Below, piece by piece: positions 1-10,458 of a stretch of DNA of 64,000 nt (position 1 is the first letter of the stretch; every line of letters begins with the position of its first letter). The stretch comes from a virus. Below the pieces are notes generated by a model, which did no database searches, was not told where the DNA came from, and was given only the letters and a program-made list of their open reading frames with translations. The DNA is taken from IMG/VR virus record IMGVR_UViG_3300044624_001039, positions 5,475 through 69,474 of that record; one strand, written 5' to 3'. The translations under genes were made by a program, and so were the position numbers.

Positions 1-1876
1 CTGCATCAACTACATTGTCATCAGACTTTTGTGATTGAGATGCCTCTTTAGCTTTTTGTTCCTCTTCATATTTAACTTTAGTAATAGGACCAATAGCTTC
101 ATACAGTTCTTTAACTTTGTTTTCAATAGATTCAACATCGGTATCAGCTAATGCAACTTCTAATGCATCAATAGCATTAGATGCTTTTTCTTTTTCTTCT
201 GTTGTTACTTTGTCACCGTATTTTTCATAATCTTTACGGAAACTATTTAAGGTTGATTCACCGCTGTTTTTTGCTTGAATCAATTTAACTTGTTTAGCAT
301 CAGATTCGGCGTTAGCCTCAGCTTCGTCAACCATCTGTTGAATTTCACGTTCAGTTAGTCCTGAATCAGATTTAATAGTAATCTTATTTTCTTTACCTGT
401 GCCTTTATCCTTAGCACTTACATTAAGAATACCATTAGCATCAACATCTAATGTAACTTCAATTTGGGGAACACCACGCATTGCTGGAGGAATTCCTTCT
501 AAATTAAACTCACCTAATAACTTGTTATATGTAAACAAATCACGTTCACCCTGTGCAACTTTAATAGTTACTGCAGGTTGATTATCATCTGCGGTTGAAA
601 ACACTTGTGAATGTTTAGTAGGAATAGTTGTATTTTTCTTAATAAGTTTAGTAAATACGCCACCCGCTGTTTCAATACCCAAACTTAGTGGGGTTACATC
701 AAGTAACAATACATCTGTACGTTCACCGGCTAATACACTACCTTGAAGTGCCGCGCCGGCTGCTACTGCCTCATCCGGATTAACATCTTTGCGAGGTGTT
801 TTACCAAACAATTTTTCAACTGTTTCTTGTACTTTGGGCATACGTGTCATTCCACCAACAAGAATTACCTCATCAATATCTGATATTGACACACCAGCAT
901 CTTGTATAGCTTGTTGACATGGTTTGATACTACGTTGAATTAATTCATCAACTAACAACTCTAACTTAGCACGACTTAATTTAACATTTAAATGTTTAGG
1001 TCCACTAGCATCGGCTGTGATATATGGCAAGTTAACATCTGTTTGAGCACTACTACTCAGCTCAATTTTTGCTTTCTCGGCCGCGTCTTTCATTCGTTGC
1101 AATGCCAATACATCTTTAGTTAAGTCAATGCCATTGTCTTTCTTAAACTCATCAACTAAGAAGTCCATGATACGTTGGTCAAAGTCTTCACCACCTAAGA
1201 ATGTATCACCATTGGTTGATAATACTTCAATTTGTTTCTCTCCGTCAACGTTGGCAATTTCAATAATACTTACATCAAATGTACCACCACCCAAATCATA
1301 AACAGCAATCTTGCGATCTTTCTTATCTTGTTTATCTACACCATATGCTAATGCGGCTGCTGTAGGTTCGTTGATAATACGTAGTACTTCTAATCCTGCA
1401 ATACGTCCGGCATCTTTAGTAGCTTGACGTTGACTATCATTGAAGTAAGCCGGTACTGTGATAACTGCTTTAGTTACCTCTGTGCCCAAATAATCTTCAG
1501 CAGTCTTTTTCATCTTACGTAAGACTTCAGCACTGATTTGAGGTGGTGCTAATTTTTGTCCATTAGATTCAACCCATGCATCACCGTTGTCTGCTTTAAC
1601 AATTTTGTATGGCATCAAGTCAATATCTTTTTGTACAGCTTGTTCAGTGAACTTGCGTCCAATTAATCGCTTGGCAGCATAGATTGTATTTTTTGGATTA
1701 GTAACTGATTGTCGCTTGGCACTAGCACCTACTAATATCTCATCGTTAGAATAGGCAACGATTGAGGGTGTAGTTCTTGCACCTTCTGAATTTTCAATTA
1801 TTTTGGGGATTCCGTTTTCAATAACGGCTACACATGAATTTGTGGTACCTAGATCGATACCGATTACTTTGCTCAT
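1..1876 (-). CDS. dnaK: Molecular chaperone DnaK/Hsp70 (3' end runs off the window)
   Basis: Missing from the ORF track, translated manually. ATG at 1876 gives [18 protein letters not shown]..., with [23 protein letters not shown] and [20 protein letters not shown] upstream. Confidence 0.97.
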   Translation of the reverse strand, partial: MSKVIGIDLGTTNSCVAVIENGIPKIIENSEGARTTPSIVAYSNDEILVGASAKRQSVTNPKNTIYAAKRLIGRKFTEQAVQKDIDLMPYKIVKADNGDAWVESNGQKLAPPQISAEVLRKMKKTAEDYLGTEVTKAVITVPAYFNDSQRQATKDAGRIAGLEVLRIINEPTAAALAYGVDKQDKKDRKIAVYDLGGGTFDVSIIEIANVDGEKQIEVLSTNGDTFLGGEDFDQRIMDFLVDEFKKDNGIDLTKDVLALQRMKDAAEKAKIELSSSAQTDVNLPYITADASGPKHLNVKLSRAKLELLVDELIQRSIKPCQQAIQDAGVSISDIDEVILVGGMTRMPKVQETVEKLFGKTPRKDVNPDEAVAAGAALQGSVLAGERTDVLLLDVTPLSLGIETAGGVFTKLIKKNTTIPTKHSQVFSTADDNQPAVTIKVAQGERDLFTYNKLLGEFNLEGIPPAMRGVPQIEVTLDVDANGILNVSAKDKGTGKENKITIKSDSGLTEREIQQMVDEAEANAESDAKQVKLIQAKNSGESTLNSFRKDYEKYGDKVTTEEKEKASNAIDALEVALADTDVESIENKVKELYEAIGPITKVKYEEEQKAKEASQSQKSDDNVVDA

Positions 1877-1881
1877 TGTTT

Positions 1882-1932
1882 TCTCCTTTATAAAGCAAGA
1901 TTTTTATTTGTAGACCCTATAATAGGCATCTA
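1882..1932 (-). promoter_or_regulatory. ROSE-like RNA thermometer candidate in the dnaK 5' UTR
   Basis: Minus strand UCUUGCUU-UAUA-AAGGAGA pairs the UUGCU motif (bulged G) with the SD. A second hairpin UAGAUGCCUA-UUA-UAGGGUCUA lies upstream. Confidence 0.55.
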
Positions 1933-1938
1933 GAAAAG

Positions 1939-1945
1939 TATTTAT
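1939..1945 (-). promoter_or_regulatory. T4-like late promoter (ATAAATA) for dnaK
   Basis: TAATAAATAC about 63 nt upstream of the ATG; the same motif precedes many genes in this window. Confidence 0.55.
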
Positions 1946-1985
1946 TATAATTATTTACGTAAAAAATAATATTATTTAGGATAAA

Positions 1986-2204
1986 TTAATACAACTTTTT
2001 AGGAAGACTTTGGTCACGTAAAAACTTATCCCAACGTCTTTTAGCCTGACTTTTAGCTAGTTTACGTTTAACGGTAGGTTTTACAAATTCTTGACGGTCA
2101 CGTACTTCTTGTAAAGTTCCGTAGTCTGTCATCAACTTTTTGAATTTTCGTAATGCTTTGTCAGTATTACCATCGTTAACTAAAACTTTTCTTCCTCTAA
2201 TCAT
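1986..2204 (-). CDS. rpsU: Ribosomal protein bS21
   Basis: DKALRKFKK...EVRDRQEFVKPTVKRK matches the bS21 pattern; basic 72 aa protein. Confidence 0.88.
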   Translation of the reverse strand: MIRGRKVLVNDGNTDKALRKFKKLMTDYGTLQEVRDRQEFVKPTVKRKLAKSQAKRRWDKFLRDQSLPKKLY

Positions 2205-3406
2205 ATTGCGGCTTTTGGTTGTAAAATTTGCTCCTGATTAATATTTATCTTTCTAATGTTATTTTCACGGTATTTCTTTGTGTTATACATATGAGGCATC
2301 AAAACCTTCTCAATCTCTGTATGTAATCCACGTGCACCAGTCTTTAATTTCATAGTGTTTTCGGCTAATTGTGAAATAGCATCTTCACTAAAATCCAACT
2401 CAATGTCATCTAAACTAAGCAAATACTTATATTGGTCAATATAGTTATTTTTTACTTCAGTTAATACCTTAATCATTTCCTCTTTAGTTAGATTCTCTAC
2501 GTTAACTGTAGTAGTAAATCGTCCAATAAACTCAGGAATCATACCAAATCGTGTTAAATCATCAGGGGTAACCATAGACAAATCACCCTCTGTACGAACA
2601 TCTTTAATATCTGCCCCAAAGCCAATACTAGTACCATTAACTCTATTGTTAACAATATCTTTTAATCCTACAAAAGCACCACCGGCAATGAATAAAATAT
2701 TCTTAGTATTAATTTCCATCATATCACCACCGGGATGTTTACGTCCGCCACCGGCTGGTATACGACATGTAGTACCTTCAACCATTTTCAATAATGCTTG
2801 TTGAACACCCTCTCCTGATACATCACGGGTAATACTACTGCCTTCGCTTTTACGGGCAATTTTGTCAATCTCATCAACAAATACAATACCACGTTCTGCT
2901 AGTTTAATATCACCACCGGCAGCATTTAATAACATTGTAATCATGGATTCAACATCATCACCTACATACCCTGCTTCCGTTAAACTTGTAGCATCAGCAA
3001 CAATAAAGGGCACTTCTAAATATTTTGCTACAGTCTTTGCTAGTAATGTTTTGCCAGATCCAGTAGGACCAACTAATAAAACATTACCCTTTTGTATCTC
3101 TAAATCTTTGGGAGGATTGTTAATACGTTTATAATGATTAGCAATAGCTACACTAAGAACCATCTTAGCATTGTTTTGTCCAATAATATGTTGGTCTAGA
3201 AATTCCTTAATGGTTTCAGGATCAAATCTAATATTAACTTTTTCAATCTTTTCTTCTTCAGGGTTTTTATCATCATGCATTAATTGAGTACATAACTCAA
3301 TGCAATCACTACAGATGGCTACATCTTCCCCCACAATGAGTTTGTTTACTACGTCTTTATGATTACCGCAGAATGAACAATGGCTTAATTTTATTTCTGT
3401 TGACAT
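2201..3406 (-). CDS. clpX: ATP-dependent Clp protease ATP-binding subunit ClpX
   Basis: N-terminal CSFC...CSDC zinc finger, Walker A GPTGSGKT, DATSLTEAGYVGDDVE, VDEIDK, RDVSGEGVQQALLK, GRKHP, GARGL. Confidence 0.97.
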   Translation of the reverse strand: MSTEIKLSHCSFCGNHKDVVNKLIVGEDVAICSDCIELCTQLMHDDKNPEEEKIEKVNIRFDPETIKEFLDQHIIGQNNAKMVLSVAIANHYKRINNPPKDLEIQKGNVLLVGPTGSGKTLLAKTVAKYLEVPFIVADATSLTEAGYVGDDVESMITMLLNAAGGDIKLAERGIVFVDEIDKIARKSEGSSITRDVSGEGVQQALLKMVEGTTCRIPAGGGRKHPGGDMMEINTKNILFIAGGAFVGLKDIVNNRVNGTSIGFGADIKDVRTEGDLSMVTPDDLTRFGMIPEFIGRFTTTVNVENLTKEEMIKVLTEVKNNYIDQYKYLLSLDDIELDFSEDAISQLAENTMKLKTGARGLHTEIEKVLMPHMYNTKKYRENNIRKININQEQILQPKAAI

Positions 3407-3419
3407 ACTAATACTTATC

Positions 3420-4427
3420 TTAATTATTTTTTACACACATTTTTTTAGGTACAACTGATAATTCAATTTTAGATAAATTTTGCATTATATTTGCTAATTT
3501 ACTATTGTTTTGAATTTTCATCTCAATCGTACTTTTCTCACCTGCTTTTGTATTAATACCGATATTAATTGTTTTTATATAGTTAATATCATAATAATCA
3601 CCTGCTCTACGATGTAATTGTTTAGGTTTAAAACATTCACTATACTGTGTCCTATTATATAAATCTTTAATTTCCATATTAATTCTAACTTCATTCCAAT
3701 TCATGATGGAATCAAGTATATTATTTGTAATAACAAATTCATTAAAATAGTATTTCTCAGATCCTACTCTGATTGTAGAAGGATATTGCTGTGCAAATCC
3801 TTTTTCTACTGTCCACAATGATGGCTTGCCGTCTGATACTAATCGTATTGCATCGTGGAACGATGCTATATAGTTAGGATTCCAGTTAAGTTCATACGGG
3901 ATAGTTAATGTTATATTCCTATAGGCATCCACCTTAATAACATAATCACTTTGTTTAATATCATATGCCCTTCTAGGATAATCATTTAATACACTAGCAA
4001 GTATCCTATCTCCGTTCTTTTTATTTTCTAAAAATGATTTATATTGATTATTGTGTTTAGCACCATCAAGATTTTTACTATCTTTACCTTTAGATAGAAT
4101 CCTATCACTTAAGCTAAGTAATGATAACTTAACATCTACTACCACTTGAACTTTATTACCAATAATTTCTTGTGAAATAATTTTATATTCATCAACAAAA
4201 GCTGAACTATATGCTAATATTTCATTTTTAATGAGTTTGTCATTGTATGATTCACGTTCACTAGCTATTACCACACCAACTTGATATTCAATAGCTTCTT
4301 TAAACGCATTGTGTTTGGCTTCTTCATATGTGTTACCTATGCCGGTGCTACGAATATAGTTATCAGACTTAGAGGTAGAAGTACATGCGGTAAGTATAAA
4401 ACATACCGTTAGTAGCAATAAACGCAT
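3420..4427 (-). CDS. Putative lipoprotein (LPP20-like N-terminal domain)
   Basis: Signal peptide with lipobox LTAC; GIGNTYEEAKHNAFKEA resembles LPP20-type domains. Confidence 0.6.
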   Translation of the reverse strand: MRLLLLTVCFILTACTSTSKSDNYIRSTGIGNTYEEAKHNAFKEAIEYQVGVVIASERESYNDKLIKNEILAYSSAFVDEYKIISQEIIGNKVQVVVDVKLSLLSLSDRILSKGKDSKNLDGAKHNNQYKSFLENKKNGDRILASVLNDYPRRAYDIKQSDYVIKVDAYRNITLTIPYELNWNPNYIASFHDAIRLVSDGKPSLWTVEKGFAQQYPSTIRVGSEKYYFNEFVITNNILDSIMNWNEVRINMEIKDLYNRTQYSECFKPKQLHRRAGDYYDINYIKTINIGINTKAGEKSTIEMKIQNNSKLANIMQNLSKIELSVVPKKMCVKNN

Positions 4428-4429
4428 AA

Positions 4430-5065
4430 TCAGTTACCGAATTTTTTACGCAATTGATTAGAAACTTGTTCGGATTCTTTATCCCAACGAATAGTTACAG
4501 CAACTTCTTGCGCTCCGATAACTTCTTGTTTGATAACTTTAAATCCACGTAAAATACCCTGTGCATTGACACGAATGGTTTCGCTTAGTTGATATGCAGT
4601 ATCGTTACTATTTTCACGCACAGAATGATTAGTATCTTTTTCAGCATCACTATCACTCATTGCAACAACTTCACCGGTTGTTGTACGTGATTTCATCCGA
4701 TCACTTGCTTTCTCAACATTTTTAGCAAAAGTAGTATTTACTCTTGTACTAGAAACATCTTCCTGAATAAAATTGCGAACATTAGCACGGGCCCTATCAC
4801 CTGCACGAATCAATGCAGTTCGGCGATTACTTTCAGTATTACCATTTGTACTTGCAGTACCTATTGCTTCAATACTAATAATAGTACAATTTGATTTGTT
4901 CAACGTATACCAACTACAATCAGTTTCAATACGGATAGTATCTTGTTTAAATGATGTGGATAGTTTTTGATTACGAACCTGTTCAAATTCTCCCTCACCA
5001 CGTTTCATATTAGAACAGCCCACTAGTGAGATAGCAGATACCAATACCAATATTTTAAAATTCAT
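4430..5065 (-). CDS. Putative lipoprotein
   Basis: Likely start MNFKILV at 5065 (GGAG RBS), lipobox LVGC. Confidence 0.6.
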   Translation of the reverse strand: MNFKILVLVSAISLVGCSNMKRGEGEFEQVRNQKLSTSFKQDTIRIETDCSWYTLNKSNCTIISIEAIGTASTNGNTESNRRTALIRAGDRARANVRNFIQEDVSSTRVNTTFAKNVEKASDRMKSRTTTGEVVAMSDSDAEKDTNHSVRENSNDTAYQLSETIRVNAQGILRGFKVIKQEVIGAQEVAVTIRWDKESEQVSNQLRKKFGN

Positions 5066-5095
5066 TTCAATCTCCAATAAGTTTAAGATATGTAT

Positions 5096-5124
5096 ATAGT
5101 AACACAATATCTAATAATTGTCAA
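5096..5124 (-). promoter_or_regulatory. sigma70-type early promoter
   Basis: TTGACA-17 nt-TACTAT on the minus strand. Confidence 0.65.
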
Positions 5125-6675
5125 TTATTTTTGGTTCTTTAGGTAAATTTCAATCTGTTCTCTTTCGTGATCCGACAACAAATCAAGGTCATATTCGCCC
5201 TTTTCTATCTTTTCAACCAAATATTTGATATATTTTTGGTTATATAAATAGGTATCTGATTGGCCCTTCTGAACCTCAATCCATTTATTTCCGTCATACT
5301 TATATACACGATTTGGTAATGCATCTACTCGTACAAACAAATCACCCTTATTAGCTTCATTTGGAAACTTAATACCAAAGTTAGTGCTGATAGAACGTTG
5401 ACTATCTGGTTTTAGCACGAATATATCTGGACGTAAACTCTTTAGTGCATCTAATTGGTAATGCCTATCTTCAAATATTACATATCCACCTTCTAATTCC
5501 TTATAAGGTTTTTGTTGTTCCAATACTATTTGTTCTGCTGTATCTTCTTCAACTTCTTTTGGTGCAACCATTGGTTTAGTATCAAAATGAACAAAAGGTT
5601 TAGTTAAGTATGGATGTTGTTCCAGTATAGACTTTTCGGGTTCGGGTTTGGTAAATTCCCAATCAACATTGTCTATATTATCCTTCACATCACAATTTTT
5701 ATTAGGACAGAAAGGACCTATTCCGGGTGCATCAATTAACTCAGTGCCACACATGTAACAATTAATAGGTTCTTTAGGAGATCCCGCCATTGCAATAATC
5801 TGTTTAACTTGTTCATCAGTCAACGGACCATCATCTGGCTCATATGCAGGTTCTGTGACAGTGGGAGTCGTTGTTGGTTCAGTCCCTAGAGGGCTGTCAC
5901 CCTCCTCTTTATCCCATTCTTTACTTGCGTTGGCGGCAAGTACAAGTGCAATAGCTAATGGGTCAAACACAATAACCAATAAGATAATAACCCAACGAAC
6001 AGCAGATTCAAGCGTATTGTTATCAGCATCATCACCGTATATTAATGCGGCAATATATTTGATGGGACCTACCTCAGCTTCTATCTTACGATTTTCAGCC
6101 GCAATAGGTGCTCGTTCTTCATTTAGTTTAGCAATTTCTTTTTGTGCGTCACCAATATCTTTTTGTATTTTAGCACGTTCACCTGCTTGTTGTCTACGAA
6201 TTTGAACAGCACGTTCAGCACTATTTTCACTATCACCGCGACTTAATCGTTGGTCAACTTGATTGTCCATTTGAGTTAATGCTTTTCGTGCTAACTCAAT
6301 GTTATCTCTTTGTGTTTTTATCTTCTCGTCATACAATGCTAATTTAGCTTGACTATCACCTGAGGTAATACCTTGATCCATATGTGCTTTACTTAAAAAG
6401 CCAAAGATACCCATACTGGTTAATAATGCTAGTGCAACAACAGCAGGTACTAGATATAATTTTAATAACCAACTAGTACGATACCAATATTTGCGTAGCC
6501 AAACAGTTGCGGTAATCTTTCCTACTTCTAGAATACCTCCCATAATAATAACAGGAATAACCGCACCTGCAAAGATAGCGGTTAACCCGATAATACTATA
6601 CCAGGCTGCTACCGAACTAAGCGATAGTGCCACTAATAGTGTGAGATTTGAGAATGATAAAAATTTAAGGCGCAT
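5125..6675 (-). CDS. Multi-pass membrane protein with coiled coil and Zn-ribbon
   Basis: Several hydrophobic helices, a long coiled coil, CYMC...CPNKNC and an acidic linker. Confidence 0.6.
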   Translation of the reverse strand: MRLKFLSFSNLTLLVALSLSSVAAWYSIIGLTAIFAGAVIPVIIMGGILEVGKITATVWLRKYWYRTSWLLKLYLVPAVVALALLTSMGIFGFLSKAHMDQGITSGDSQAKLALYDEKIKTQRDNIELARKALTQMDNQVDQRLSRGDSENSAERAVQIRRQQAGERAKIQKDIGDAQKEIAKLNEERAPIAAENRKIEAEVGPIKYIAALIYGDDADNNTLESAVRWVIILLVIVFDPLAIALVLAANASKEWDKEEGDSPLGTEPTTTPTVTEPAYEPDDGPLTDEQVKQIIAMAGSPKEPINCYMCGTELIDAPGIGPFCPNKNCDVKDNIDNVDWEFTKPEPEKSILEQHPYLTKPFVHFDTKPMVAPKEVEEDTAEQIVLEQQKPYKELEGGYVIFEDRHYQLDALKSLRPDIFVLKPDSQRSISTNFGIKFPNEANKGDLFVRVDALPNRVYKYDGNKWIEVQKGQSDTYLYNQKYIKYLVEKIEKGEYDLDLLSDHEREQIEIYLKNQK

Positions 6676-6682
6676 CTAATAT

Positions 6683-6895
6683 TTAGTCTATAGTTACATC
6701 AAATAAATGACTATAATAGTTAAGAAACTCAGCTACTGGTAAAACTAGTTTTTGAGGGATACTAGGACCGTGAGTAACATGATATGTAACTAAATAATCC
6801 CCACGATTCTCATCTGTTCTTTTTACCTGTATTACTTCAATCTTGTTACCATCTTCAAAAACGTAGGATTGTCCTACTAGTGTATATGCATTCAT
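6683..6895 (-). CDS. Hypothetical protein
   Basis: ORF coupled by an ATGA overlap to the upstream gene. Confidence 0.55.
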   Translation of the reverse strand: MNAYTLVGQSYVFEDGNKIEVIQVKRTDENRGDYLVTYHVTHGPSIPQKLVLPVAEFLNYYSHLFDVTID

Positions 6896-8172
6896 TTTGT
6901 ATTATGGTACACGTCAAACTGCGACCACTGACCTCTCCAGTTTTCATGTTCACTGTCCATTCCTTCATCTTCAAGCTCATCACCATCATATACTAATCGT
7001 GTGACAACACTTGTGCCCTCAACATCCCAGTTCAATACTTTAAGTTTCTTAGGTTCAAATACACCTTCAATAGTAGTTTGAATACAAGATCCCTTACCAC
7101 CTTGTGTCCACATTAACCAATAACCTTTACCTAGATATTCTGGATATAGTTCTTCTACTTCTTCTGTAGCTTCCCAACGACTATCTTCTTCACCATGTGC
7201 CTCAATAAAGAATGAGTCTAAATCACCTTCATAAATTGTTTCACCTTCACTATTCTCAATAGTCATGTGAGTATCATCTTGGTCAAATCCCCAGAATGAA
7301 ATCTTATCTTGGTACTCATAGTAAGGTAAATCAAATCGTGCCGCTTTAGGAGTATTGTTATCATCGTAATCGTAGCTTTCATTAAGAGCATCACTCAAAT
7401 CACTTTCGTGATCCTCATCACTCCAATAATCATATTGTGCCTTCTTAATCTTACTTACACCAATCTCACGTGTGCGACCCCAGATGCGAATAGTATATGT
7501 ATCTTCAGGATAACTTTCTTTCAAAGAACCATCATCTTCCCCTGGATTATCGAATGGCCATTTAGCAGGAGGATTAGTCAGTGATTCAAATTCACGCTTA
7601 AGTTCTTCCAAGCCTGCTTCCAAATCAGTTTCATCAACTAGTTCTTCATCTTCATCAGTGGCTTCTTTTTCTTTAGCCCAACGTGCGGTTCGTTCATCAG
7701 ATTCTTGTTTATCTTTGATTCCGGCTTCTGTTAGTTCAGTGTCGCTATCACACATTGGGCAAATTTTCTTTGCTTCATCAAGGTCATTGCCATCATTATC
7801 TTGCCATGTCCAATCAGCATCATATGATTGACCTACCCACTTACACTTAGTACACTTATGTGTTGGTTCTGGTGGAGTCGGATCACTGTGCCAACTAGAT
7901 TCATCACCTAGTTCATATGTAACATCGTATCCACCCTTGCGGTCAGTCCAACAATCATCATATTGAAATTCCCATTCAATCTCTACATCATTCTCGTAGG
8001 CATCATTGATTACATCTTCATAATCATATGTGCCGTCGGCAATACCATCCAGTATTACCTTAATCTCATCTTCTTCCTTATCAGGATAAATTTCACTTAA
8101 TAGTGCTTCATCAAGTTCAATGGCGTATTGTCTATCGTGTTGATGCCATTCGTGTTTAACTATTGTTACCAT
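6892..8172 (-). CDS. Highly acidic hypothetical protein with Zn-ribbon
   Basis: D/E-rich throughout; CTKC...CPMC. Confidence 0.65.
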   Translation of the reverse strand: MVTIVKHEWHQHDRQYAIELDEALLSEIYPDKEEDEIKVILDGIADGTYDYEDVINDAYENDVEIEWEFQYDDCWTDRKGGYDVTYELGDESSWHSDPTPPEPTHKCTKCKWVGQSYDADWTWQDNDGNDLDEAKKICPMCDSDTELTEAGIKDKQESDERTARWAKEKEATDEDEELVDETDLEAGLEELKREFESLTNPPAKWPFDNPGEDDGSLKESYPEDTYTIRIWGRTREIGVSKIKKAQYDYWSDEDHESDLSDALNESYDYDDNNTPKAARFDLPYYEYQDKISFWGFDQDDTHMTIENSEGETIYEGDLDSFFIEAHGEEDSRWEATEEVEELYPEYLGKGYWLMWTQGGKGSCIQTTIEGVFEPKKLKVLNWDVEGTSVVTRLVYDGDELEDEGMDSEHENWRGQWSQFDVYHNTK

Positions 8173-8287
8173 TTTGTGCCTCCTTAGCGTTTTTCCAAAT
8201 TGTTTTAACTATATCTACTACAGGACGAACTATCCATCCGCCCCAAAATATACCACCTAAAAAATATAACCATTCATTGAACGTCAT
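8156..8287 (-). CDS. Small membrane peptide (43 aa, not in the ORF track)
   Basis: MTFNEWLYFLGGIFWGGWIVRPVVDIVKTIWKNAKEAQNGNNS; overlaps both neighbours in operon style. Confidence 0.5.
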   Translation of the reverse strand: MTFNEWLYFLGGIFWGGWIVRPVVDIVKTIWKNAKEAQNGNNS

Positions 8288-8508
8288 TCTTCAACTCCGA
8301 AATGTTTACGCAATCTGTTGTACAATTCATGTTGGTTGTATCCGTAACCATCATGGCGTATTGTTTCTTCACTGAGTCTGTTGCAACACTCGTTGATAAT
8401 CAACTCGGCAAACTTTTCTTTGTCAAAGATCCAGCCTTCACCACTGTTAGATGTTGGCTCAATATAAGTTGTAGCTTGTTCAGCAAGTAGTTTAATTCGT
8501 TCGTTCAT
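8284..8508 (-). CDS. Small phage protein, 'EKFAELI-EC...HFG' family
   Basis: MNERIKLLAEQA...EKFAELIINEC...HFGVEE; paralogs at 11335, 11558 and 18372. Confidence 0.65.
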   Translation of the reverse strand: MNERIKLLAEQATTYIEPTSNSGEGWIFDKEKFAELIINECCNRLSEETIRHDGYGYNQHELYNRLRKHFGVEE

Positions 8509-9854
8509 TTGTCATCCCTAAATCTAACAAAGCGAGGGAAACGCAAACTATAAGTACCATCTTGGTTCTGTGTAATCACATCACACAAAACCTCAGCAGT
8601 TCTACCAATAACCAAATTACGGTTAGTCCAATAGTCATCTCTATCAGTGTCACTAAAGCCACTACCCACATTGACTGAAATTTCTTTTCCATCATCAACT
8701 CCATGACAAACTAATGCTCCTAATCTTCCTAAATTTCTACCAGTACCTTCTTCCACACCTACAACTTCTAAATCTACTGTTAGTGTAGGCTTCCATTTCA
8801 TCCAATCTGTACTACGTTTGCAGATATATGGAGCTTCTAATTCTTTAATCATAATGCCTTCAAATCCTGCATTGACATTATCCTTAGCATAACGCATCAA
8901 TTGATCCTTACCGGCTGCTGTATCTAAATCAACCATGATATGCGGTAACAACTCTACACTAATCATTGTATCAACAACAGGGCGCATACTATCAAGCAAT
9001 GCAATACGCTTACGCAGTTGTGCGTTCCAATGTCCTGCTCGGAAATCATCTAATGGAATAATATCAAAGATATTAAATACACTATCTTCTGCTTGAACGT
9101 TATCTTTCCTACGTGCTTGGCGCATAAGTTCTTGGAATGTATTGCCAATCACTTCACCATCTAACACAAATCCGTTAAACAAACTACGACCTTGATCGGT
9201 GCTCTTACAAGCACGAACAATCTTAAGAAAGTTATCCCTAACTTGTTGTTCAATGTGACCAAAGTTGTCAAACTGTTTTCCGTTACGACTGAAACAAATT
9301 GTTGTTATATCACCTGAATCACTAGGAATAACCATTAACAACACACGTACACCATCTAACTTAGGCTCAAGACGTTTCATGCCTTTCATCTCCGGGCGAC
9401 CTTCACTGTTAGTAGCAAGTTGACAACCAAAGATTGGAATCTCGTAAGCTGTTTTCTTACAAATCTTATTGATTGTTTTATCACTAATACCTGCACGTAA
9501 GTCTCTACGCAACACAGGTGCTAAGAATGTATTCCATTCTTCACTATCAAATCGTTCAGCCATACTTTGAATAGCATCACGTGCGGCATGACCCGTCAAT
9601 CTACGTTGACTAAGTTGTAGCATCAACTCATTAAACTCTTCCCAGGGATTGTCTGCATTAGTAATACCAACTGTTTCTGGTACTTGACGAACACCAAACG
9701 TAACGTAAGGATTGTAGCATGCCTTCACAAATGAAAGAAAAGTTATAGCGTTACTACTACCTAGGACACTTGACTCAAGCGCCTGTAAAATCACATCTTC
9801 TTTATGAAGGCGACTATCTGATTCGTTTAATTTATTAATCCAACTTGCTGACAT
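8505..9854 (-). CDS. ATP-dependent DNA ligase
   Basis: Motif I EPKLDGVR, LDGEV, FDII, EGIMIK, WMKWK, VGSGFSD, SLRFPRF. Confidence 0.95.
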   Translation of the reverse strand: MSASWINKLNESDSRLHKEDVILQALESSVLGSSNAITFLSFVKACYNPYVTFGVRQVPETVGITNADNPWEEFNELMLQLSQRRLTGHAARDAIQSMAERFDSEEWNTFLAPVLRRDLRAGISDKTINKICKKTAYEIPIFGCQLATNSEGRPEMKGMKRLEPKLDGVRVLLMVIPSDSGDITTICFSRNGKQFDNFGHIEQQVRDNFLKIVRACKSTDQGRSLFNGFVLDGEVIGNTFQELMRQARRKDNVQAEDSVFNIFDIIPLDDFRAGHWNAQLRKRIALLDSMRPVVDTMISVELLPHIMVDLDTAAGKDQLMRYAKDNVNAGFEGIMIKELEAPYICKRSTDWMKWKPTLTVDLEVVGVEEGTGRNLGRLGALVCHGVDDGKEISVNVGSGFSDTDRDDYWTNRNLVIGRTAEVLCDVITQNQDGTYSLRFPRFVRFRDDK

Positions 9855-9857
9855 ATT

Positions 9858-10343
9858 TTATCCTGAGAATGGCCACGCTGTTGTTGCAACAAAAGGTGGA
9901 CGGGGTTTAAGTTCTACTGTTTCAATACTCTCATTATACACGTCCTCATCTATTTTGTCAACAATATATGGACCCAAAATAGTGATACTTTCATAGTCAA
10001 CTTGCCAATCATGTTCACTATCATAAAGCCATCCTGCACCACCATCTGCCCAAAGTTGTTCAATTTCTTCCTTTTCTTCTTCAGTAAAGCTATCATCAAA
10101 TTCAAAATCTACTGCACATAGGTCCTCAAGTTCACATCCCCAACCAATTTCGGAATCTACAATATGTTCTTTGTCATCACTATATGGAAGTTCATCTTCA
10201 TTTTCAACAAAGCCTTGACCCCAACGATATGTTTCGGTTACATTCCAACTACGTATATTACCTTGCTCATCTTTGCTGTAAACATCATAAAATGCTTCAA
10301 CTGATTTTTTATCTACAGGTCTAATACGATATAATATAGCCAT
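9858..10343 (-). CDS. Acidic hypothetical protein
   Basis: ORF with RBS; very D/E-rich. Confidence 0.6.
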   Translation of the reverse strand: MAILYRIRPVDKKSVEAFYDVYSKDEQGNIRSWNVTETYRWGQGFVENEDELPYSDDKEHIVDSEIGWGCELEDLCAVDFEFDDSFTEEEKEEIEQLWADGGAGWLYDSEHDWQVDYESITILGPYIVDKIDEDVYNESIETVELKPRPPFVATTAWPFSG

Positions 10344-10344
10344 A

Positions 10345-10458
10345 CTATTTTCCTTCTACAACGTAATATTTAGAATGAGGGTAAGTTACCAACAGCCACT
10401 CTAGCATCTCAGGGCTGTATGGTAACTTGACTGACTGATATTTGTTTGTGATATACAT
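10345..10458 (-). CDS. Small hypothetical protein (37 aa, not in the ORF track)
   Basis: MYITNKYQSVKLPYSPEMLEWLLVTYPHSKYYVVEGK; TAATG coupling to the upstream gene. Confidence 0.45.
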   Translation of the reverse strand: MYITNKYQSVKLPYSPEMLEWLLVTYPHSKYYVVEGK

